Source: Balanoglossus misakiensis
Lineage: Eukaryota; Animalia; Hemichordata
Direction: 5' to 3'
Length of the DNA: 64,000 bases
Assembly: GCA_040954595.2 (NCBI GenBank)
Contig: CM082583.2
Coordinates: 5,578,849 to 5,642,848 of the forward strand
In this document: positions 55,101 through 64,000 of the stretch, one piece after another
Layout of the letters: the number at the start of each line of letters is the position of its first letter
Position numbering within the stretch: position 1 is the first letter of the stretch
Notes under the pieces: model-generated
The model's input: only the letters and a program-made list of their open reading frames with translations
Told to the model about the DNA's origin: nothing
Databases searched by the model: none
Translations under genes and position numbers: made by a program

Positions 55101-58100
55101 GACCCGGAGGGTGTTACGAGCAGAGCGTGTGTGTGTGTGTTCTTCAGATATTGCCAATTCTTGTCGAATCACCACTTTCTCACATTGCATCACGGGTTAT
55201 TGCGGGTTCAGGAACCGTGCGCCCTAGTTTAAATCAGGCCACGACTTGCATGTCCTATTTTTAAAATGAAGGAGTACGTGACACTCATTGATCGTGACGA
55301 GCAGGACACATAATTGCGTACTTTGATTTTACCCACACCACCGGCTGTTTGCCCGTGTTTAAACCCAAGTGAGGACAGAGAATTTCTTGCGCAGTTTTTC
55401 CCGATAACCTTTGCGTTTCCAGCTATGCAAATTTCACCTCCACCGCTTTGCCACGTGAAACAATGAGCAGGTGTGAACTGAACGTTCTCCCGTGTTCGAA
55501 AGAAACAATGAGACTTTTACATAATTAATTTACATAATTAATACGTGTCCGAGCGCGTGAGCACGGGAAGACACGCTGGGAAATGAAGCTCTCCGTTTGG
55601 TTTGCCATGCATAGGTGGTTCGATAAACTTCCTGGGGTGAGTTGCGAAACACTTTATTACTGGCCAAAGCAAAGTTCGGGTAACGCCACACGACTGCCAT
55701 ACGTACACTCGATATACCTTGAGAAATAAACCGCTTTGGGCTGGTCCCTGGTGTGGGAGACAGCCGCATGTGATGTTACCATCATGGCCGTCCAATATAT
55801 GCACATACATGTACACCAGTTGTCATTCAGTGGATGGCTACAGACTCAGAAGTCAACGTTAGTACTAGTATTCTGTTTGCAGTTTTACCCTGAAACTTCA
55901 CGGTGACATAATATATTTTAAGGAACGAGTCTCTTATCGTCTGTGTGGGATTGAAAGGTTGCGGCGAGGACGTCTTTGTAATTAGCTTGTGTACCGTTAC
56001 ACGTGTTGCTGTATGCATGGTCCGCCATATTTGGTTGAATTGGTGCATATTCATGACATCAGAAAACACAGAACTTACAGTAGTTTTGCTCTATTAACAG
56101 CAAATTGTTACTTGATGACGCCACAACTCTTCAATGGTGATTATACGGTTTATCTGCCTCTGCAACGGCATGCACGCCTCCCAGGTATGTTTGTGTAAGT
56201 GTGCATACGATATATGTAACTGGTGCTCGTGATATGTGAATGATATACCACGAACGTGGAAAATCTAAATTTTTTGTATGACTTTAGGGTTTAAAGTGGT
56301 TGATTCTATTTGCGGCACACAGTGACTGCGGAGAATTGCACTAACGACCCCACTACTACAGACCAGCGTGTGTAGTAGTCTGTTTCTGTAGTGGCCACCC
56401 GTATCACACAATCACTGACCCGATCCTTGTATTGGTATCCGTGCAATTGTGCATTCGCAGTTGCTCTGCGCACAGTCGCTACGAAGCTTTTCGCAGTCGT
56501 TATAGCACGGTGGCGTGTATTCTGATAAGTAGACTAATACTCAATGGCGCAAAGACAGGAAGGAATTCGCAATAGCATAACTTAATTAACCCTTCACCCC
56601 TCGGTCGATAAATTGAAGTCCACATATATCGAAACAAATGACTGTCTTCGGTAGTGGCTGGGTTTAATCATTATCGCCAAGCATCCGGTGCTTCACCGAC
56701 GCCCCATCAGTGTTCTTGTTTGTCTGCCCGGGAAAGCCTTACAAATGGTAGCGTGATTTCACTCTCAGTTAGCTGCCCATTCCTTGTGCTAATCACGAGG
56801 CATGTCACGGGAACGAGCGTTTCGATTCGATGGTTTTGATGAAATGGATGTCTTTTCTGTTGCGGTTAACGTTCACACTAATGTTTATTTATTTAGCGTC
56901 AGCTGTGCAAGGCTTACTGATGAAATGCCTTGACTCGAAGCTACATTTCAATCTAAACTTAGATCTGTCACGAAAACCGCTTACTATAGCGCATTTTTAT
57001 TTGACGCAAAAAGTCATCCACGAAAAAATACACATGTTACAAACATACAAATAGGTGATGTAATAGAGGGAGCGGGGAGCATTTCGATCTCCAGGACGCG
57101 AACCTTTGCATATTTTAAAGACTCCATGACCAGAGGACTCCTTGTCAAAACTTAAATGACATTAAAATAGTCACGTGTTTAGGTTTTTCATCCGAAAATA
57201 AAACTACGCAAACTTATTTATGAGACTAGGTAGCAACTTAAAATCTTTAAACCGAAGACTCGTTAGGGTCATGTAGCTGATACGTCCATTGCAGATAACT
57301 TTTCAGACGTTTACTGTTTACACGGGTGTACGGCGAGGTATATTGGAGTAGATCAGTGTTTGGAAAACGTAGTAGATCGTGACGCAAAGAATATTAGATT
57401 GATCGGACAGTTCGCTAGAAAATGCGAACGTATGTACAACTCCACTTCGAGAGAACACGCTCGGTGTATTTTCAAGGCCTTCTGCACACAATGGAAACCG
57501 TTTTAAAAGATGGTCGACGTAAAAGGGTCACTCTGAGGCGGCGTCACAAGTGTGGTAAACGAGCGATAAATAAACTGGCCCGAAAAGAAATGGAATGTTT
57601 CCTCGTTCAGACTCGCCCGTCACCCGAATCGGAATATGAAGCATTTATCAGACATTCACCATGCCTCATTCCGTGCAAGCCGTGTGTGTGTGTGTGCAAG
57701 AATTTGACATCTATTAACCTGAAAACGGGGGCCTTATATCAAGTTGATCGGTGCGAGGTCGGGCGCATGATTGAGGAGTTTTAAGGTCAAAGCTATAGCA
57801 TCTTATCGTGTGAGATGGATTTGATGAAATAGGTGCCAGGCGCTCCCGAGATAAAAACCAGCCGGTGTTGAGATAACTTGTAGCTTTAAAAACCACAAAC
57901 CGTGAACGATTGTGTCTAGCACCGAAATCAATTTACTTAGGAATTCAATATTTCTGCTGGATACGGCCGTAGTCATGGAAACCGCTTGCAAAGCGACTCG
58001 GGGCAGTGCTGTGCATTTGTGCATCCGATATTATCAAAAGTACACTCTTCTGGGCATTGTGACAAAAATGCAGTGAAGGAAGTTTATGTTAACAGCGACT

Positions 58101-58280
58101 AAAATGCGCAACATGTAGTTGATAAAGTCTCCTTGCTGCAGAATCACAGAATAAATCATGATATAGTTTCAAAGATATGCAAATCGTCCGAGTATCCTCG
58201 ATTTAACAGCTGTAACGTAGGGTATAGTTATATACAAAGCAAACTGAAACCAAACCAAAATAAAACAAACAAGTTAAGTC

Positions 58281-58306
58281 AAACCAAACCAAACCAAACC
58301 AAACCA
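58281..58306. repeat. (AAACC)n pentanucleotide repeat
   Basis: Directly visible in the sequence. Confidence 0.9.
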
Positions 58307-60090
58307 AAACATAGCTACAGTAAAATGAAGTACAAACATACGGGTGTTTCAATTTACGCATTACACAAAAAAATTGTATGCTCCATGCGTAGTCTCGTCT
58401 TTATCGTACCGTGGGGAGAATACTGATATAAGCCAAAAGGCGCCAAATAAACGATCAAATTGTTCTACGCCTGAGGCACAACGCGATAAATAGTTGATCG
58501 ATATTTAATTTTATCACCATTATCGAAATGGTTATATGGTTGATTGTTTCACATACTCGGGTAACACGCGTATCTAACCATAGCAACAACCGTTTCCTAA
58601 CTTTGATTGACTTCCATGGGATTTTAAAGTGCATTTTATGAACGATGCCACCACGAGTTAAATAACACAGTAGATAAATATGTTTATCATTTCCCACAAG
58701 GGGAAGCGTTCTATCAGTAAGGAGACGACAGTTCAGAAAACAGATTTATCAAATTCTATGGAAATTTCCTTAATCCCGACCCATTTGATGAACGATGCAA
58801 CAACGCTGCGTCCTCTAGCGGCTGAAAGCAGGACTGTCCTCCGCAAGTAAAGTTCAGATGTCGGCGGACCTCCGCCATTCCCCGAGCGTCTTGGACGCGA
58901 TAAAAACACCCTGTGTAAAATTTCAAAACCTCAAAAGCAGACTTTGGATTTTCCTACACAACCCCCCCGAGGCCATTTTACATAACCATGATCATAATGC
59001 ACTTGGCTGGGACAGTTTTTTCTTCAATTACTGGCATATTTTACCTCCCATGGGCCGCAGGCGAAATATAATCCTAAAACCTTGGCGGTGTGAGATTCCA
59101 TCAATCTCACATTTCTCATACTTAACAGCCTGATTCACATCATTTGCCCGAACCTCCTGATAATCAGAACAACTGTACCGCTTGAAGTAAATCATTAATC
59201 AAAGATTGCGACACTTAAAGAGTACCCGGTTACGATAATTACATATTACGCATCCAGCCTTCTTCTTGAATACAAATTTTCACCCGCTGCCGTGTGGCAA
59301 ACCAAAGTTTGCAACGCAGAATGATTCGCTTAGTACATGATGTACATTTAAATTATGCAGTGTCCTGAAATGGGGGGGGGGGGGGGGGGGGCACATTCAA
59401 GTTTTAGAAATTTCAATCGGCCCACCCCCTCATAATAACAGAAAGCTCCCCAAGGATCTGGAAGAGGTTTTCGACTTTGATTTCTTTCCCTGAATCATCC
59501 AGTCAGCTAGGCACAGATCCACGCACGACTCATTACGTTGGGACTTTTACTTCTGCGTAGGCGCAGTGTCTCCTGTCAGGAAACCGAATTGCGTCCGCGA
59601 AAATACGAAGGCAGTCCCGTTGCGAGAGCTTTCAATATTTTATGTAACTTTAATAACTACAGGCAAACATCCACCCGGTGGAAACAGAAAAAAACCCACG
59701 TCTAAATTAAAATCATCTCTTGTTCCTGAACTTTCGAATAAATCAAATCACCCGAGAAGACCATCCGGTAAATAATGATGACTGGTCCCCGGGGAGAAAT
59801 TTCAATTTAATCTTCCTTTACAATAGCTTTCCATGGATGACTGATAAGGTAAAGAAAGTTGGCATTTAGAACATCCAAGTCGGATAATTTTTAAACCGGT
59901 GGTAGTTGTTTACTTCGATTTCTTATTTGATGGCTATTTCTCTCCGCAGTATAGGCTATTGCGATGTCCCGAAAGTAATACTCGAAACTCGTTTTCATTG
60001 TACCTGTGGAGAATATGACAATGTGTGGTGTTTGCTGAGCCCTAAACTCATTTAACAAGGGAATTGAGCAATGGCGTGATTTGGAAGCCA

Positions 60091-60173
60091 CAGTCAGTCA
60101 GTCAGTCAGTCAGTCAGTCAGTCAGTCAGTCAGTCAGTCAGTCAGTCAGTCAATCAATCAATCAATCAATCAA
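60091..60173. repeat. (CAGT)n/(CAAT)n microsatellite
   Basis: Directly visible; the source of the spurious QSVS ORF. Confidence 0.95.
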
Positions 60174-61653
60174 ATCTGTGTTTCGTCTCAGCATAATCAC
60201 GGTATCCATCTCGCATTGCAATAGAAAACCGACCTTTCCATCATTCATGTATCAACACTTATATTCAATGATATTCGAAATATGGTAGTGTCAAACAAGA
60301 CGAATGTTATCTCTCGCCATCGGTGTGTAACGTGGCATTGAAAGATGAAATTAATAAACAGATCAACGGGTTGACTGCGGATATTAATCACGTATGTGCA
60401 GCCAGGCTTGGTAATGTTGCTCTGGTGATTTACGTGTGATACGGACCCAGACGAGACTAGCTTCATCTGTAATCGACTGCGGGCATGCGTGTACTTAGGA
60501 TGCTGGTAGTATATGTACTTGAACGAGGGGCACAGGACACGAATGTTAGTGCGTCTATATCGGGAGACGGTAGGATTGCAGAATTCAGAACGGCGGTCAA
60601 GGTTGGTTCGCAAATTTTGAGTCTCAAAGTTAGCGATATGTTATAATTGGGTGCCGTCACTTGTTACCGAGCATAGAAACATTTCCCCATGCTGGCATTC
60701 TCAGATTACAATCTGCTTTCGTTCCATGCGTGTGCATGTTTACTGATCATCTGATCGGATGCAGTCTGGGTTGACGTCATCAGATGTAGCAAGTAATATT
60801 GTAGAAATTTAACGGTTTTGTCGTGATTATTTCATGTGTGTTTACTCAGCGGCTGTAGACGAAGATAAGTTTGTTGGTGAGTGTACGGAGGCGTGAGTCT
60901 GGCGAAACTGGAAGGATTTATTTTAGCAAAGTAGAATCTCTGGCTCACCTGGTAGTTATTGCTTGCGGAGATTCGATAACAAACCTTTATCTAGGCCCGG
61001 AAACGGAAATGCAACGGTATGGGAGAATATGTCCGACTGAAAGGGTTTGAATTAGTCCCGTTTAACAATAATTCTACGTGTTAGCCAGCTCATTTTATTT
61101 TAGTCAAGTTGTTCAATGAAAAATGAATCGATTATAACCGTTGGGTCATATTTTGGACAGCCCGTAAACCGTAACGGTTATAAACAGTCGCCAAAATCTT
61201 AGCAATTAATTAGCATAACTTCATAGTGCAGTAAATAAGGCCGAGGGATGTCGCCATGTTTTAAATGTGTTCAAGCAGAAATCTAGCACAGTTTCTCTTA
61301 TACTTGTAAATGCCATTACATGTCAGATATACTGTTCTTTAGCCAAAGTAATTACAGGGAGGCACATTTTTCTTAGCCTGATTTAAAAAGCAATTTACTG
61401 AATTAATTGATAAATGCCCGGACAAATGTGCATAGCTAGATGCTGAAGCTACCGAGACTTGTAAATATATAGCGTACTACCAGCAGAATGAAGTCCGCAA
61501 CTATTTCCCATCGAGTAGCCGTAGGTATTAGCATATGGAAGCTTTTGATATGTGACGTCAATCAGTGGGCGGAGCTCAAATGCAAATATAGCGTACCATG
61601 TAGAAGACAGAAGTCCGCAACTAATAAACGATGCAATTAGTGAAATAAGAGAA

Positions 61654-61736
61654 CGCCAAAATTAATCCTCGCGTAACAGTTTTCTCTTTCGATATCGGGA
61701 AAATTTCCCGTCGCGAAAATAACCCGTTTTACGGTA
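61654..61736 (-). mobile_element. Truncated MITE family 1 copy (one terminus, inverted)
   Basis: Reverse complement taccgtaaaacgggttattttcgcgacgggaaattttcccgatatcgaaagagaaaactgttacgcgaggattaat matches the left ends of the copies at 1373 and 37309. Confidence 0.8.
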
Positions 61737-64000
61737 TATTCGTGTACACGTACCTACGTCCTGTACTAACCATAGTCACAAGAGTGAAACCAAATGCGTT
61801 GGGAGATGGCTCATCGTTGACGTAGACATCTCGCGAGCAAAATTCTTGGAACTTGATCGGTGTTCTGATATCCGACCTGGTCAAGTTCATCTTGCAGCTG
61901 CCTAATCCTTTGCCCCAAGACTATCACTGCGTATTGAAGTGCGCATGCGGAACGGTTCTGTTGGCTCTCCGCAATTGTGACTTGAATATTCTGCAAGCAG
62001 GCGCGTACCACCGATAAGCCAACCAATCATGAAAAAAGTATCGTGTTTTTTAGATTTCAAGGTAAATTTGTGTTTAACAACAAGACATTAGTTTACTTAG
62101 AAAAAAAACTTTCAATTCCTCTGACTTCGTAAACCCAATTTTAGTTGTCATTGTGGCGCTGCGGTAGACATATCACAGCCTTGCCCGGCGGGAACTTTCT
62201 AGAGATCACGCCGTCGTTGTACCGAAACGAGTTAATGTTTCGCAATGGATCATATAATCCCATATACCTATGCTATATCAGGAAATTCCCTAAACCACTA
62301 CATATTTACATTAGTCCATTAAGAAATACAAAAATATTGCCAATATTCCCACGGGCGCCTAAATCACAAAGTTAGCACCGTGTCGACTTGAACAGGTTGT
62401 CAGCGAGCAACGACTCGTGGTGTACCTGGATAAAAAGACACATGATGATTCCCTAGCCGGAGTAAAGGTTGTCTCTCGGCTTGTGCCAGTGCGACCGAAA
62501 ATCTGTAATGATATAAGCTTTTCTATTCCGGGGTTGTCTACTGCTGCAAGCGCAGGCACGTGCTCAGTCGGCTTAGAAATCAAATTAATAGGACCTTGTC
62601 TTTGCACAACGAAAACATTTCCTCCAGCATTTTCTGTCCAAGCCTAAATTGCAGACTGTATTTAATTAGGAGAGGAATGTTTAACTGAGACTTTCTGCAC
62701 TTCAGGGCGACATCCGGGACATTCCATCTTTTTCGCAAATTACGCAAAATAAATCAGTACTTCGTATTATATCCTTCATCGAGCTGATCTCAAATAACAT
62801 ATAGTCAGCCACGGGTTATGTGATGAAACAGGGATGGATGGGAAACTTTATTACGGTATTATTAATTGCTCGTGCTTGTATTATTCAACTGTAATTGGCG
62901 GAAGCCAGTTGCGTTTCATTATCAGAAAATTCCACCAAGATTTTAGAAATACATGTACCAAGCTATGTGCCAAACGAATCAATCGATCGATCGATGATTG
63001 ATCGCTCAGCCAGCCAGCCAGCCAGCCAGCCAAGCATTCATTATCAAATTGAATATTATTTCACAATTTCAACTCACAACACACCATAATATTCCATAAA
63101 GTACTTGTTTGTCCCACTTCATGTCACGCATTTAATCAGAATTATATTTGATATAGTTTCAGTTTTCAAATTGCATTGTCTCGCTGAAACTAGCCGGTTA
63201 CTCGTTCGCGCCTTATGAGATTATTAAGTAGGTTAACGGTCAATGACGTGATCTATATTTGACAATAATCTTAGTGATCGTACCACATATGCGCCTTATG
63301 AGATTAAAGTATGACATAGAAATATACAAAGGGCAGATATTATCACCATTTTGTCGGACGTATTTCAGCGCGGGAAACATGTTAAACTTGCACTACATTT
63401 CAATACCCCAGATCAATTTAGATAACATCTTTTGTGGTGTAAGTTAATCTTTCCCGTGACTGCGACATCTGTAGTGCAAGTACTTTGACTCGGTCGCTCG
63501 ACTCTTATCGGTGGTAACGGGACACTGGGCCGGACCGAATGAAATTAAAGACATCTAATAACCCTTCGCCGCGAGCGAGCATGGGCAGGTGGTCAGGATT
63601 TCGAGAATTTAACAATCAGATTTGGCCCTGAGTTTGCCCTTGTCCTTGGAGGTCCAGCCTGATGTAGTCTTGTCCATCAAGTGGCGATGGAAAGATGTGT
63701 CTAAATTTTGATATGTCTAGATGCTGTCGTCATCGCCTGGGTAAAAAGGAACAAACGAAAGTGTAATAGAAATAATAACTAATTGTTCTGTTTAATAGGT
63801 GCTAACAAAAGTTGAGACAGTACAACTTTCACGACTCGTAGTCCGACTTTCTGTCGCATAATCTAATTGAGAATAATGCCTTTGTGACATTTCAGACATT
63901 GTCACCAATCAAAATGTTGGACGTTGGAAACAAAGGGGGAACATAAGATGCAGTCCTCAGATCTCCGCGGACGTGTTAAATAATCAAGCACAGAAATAAA

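Noticed and set aside
61771-61787. catagtcacaagagtga resembles part of mature miR-153
   Set aside because: The 5' seed bases do not match and no complementary arm forms a pre-miRNA hairpin.
61811-62026. Minus-strand ORF with coiled-coil-like RIRQLQDELDQV
   Set aside because: Short, non-ATG start, no partner exons and no recognisable domain; cannot be supported as coding.
63460-63472. ctgcgacatctgt matches a stretch of vertebrate 7SK RNA
   Set aside because: Only 13 nt, without the flanking GATC motifs or 5' stem; probably chance.
63717-63736. Strong minus-strand acceptor (ttcctttttacccag) followed by DDDSI*, a possible terminal exon of a gene outside the window
   Set aside because: Too short to support without upstream exons or transcript data.

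Overview
Eukaryotic (animal) genomic DNA with spliceosomal introns. The composition and repeat types suggest a marine invertebrate, possibly a hemichordate or similar deuterostome; this is inference only. The first ~36 kb is gene-dense. It holds the 3' part of cytosolic threonyl-tRNA synthetase (TARS1, with a GC-AG intron), two tandem secreted type-B carboxylesterases, and an intact ORF derived from a PIF/Harbinger (ISL2EU-type) transposase that stops before the DDE domain. It also holds an intronless ZIP zinc transporter divergent from an 18-exon mitochondrial EF-G2 (GFM2), and a 6-exon CD-MPR/ATG27-like MRH-domain membrane protein. The standout is a tandem cluster at ~26.4-31.8 kb of four intact single-exon secreted peptide precursor genes plus one pseudogene. 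Each has a signal peptide, a conserved propeptide, a basic processing site and a hypervariable C-terminal core built from 3, 2, 1 or 1 copies of a CPPxC module. This toxin/RiPP-like layout, with a shared promoter cassette, does not match a family I recognise. The last ~27.5 kb has no convincing coding exons, only MITEs, microsatellites and enhancer-like motif clusters. Exon coordinates were derived by hand from splice signals and reading frame.
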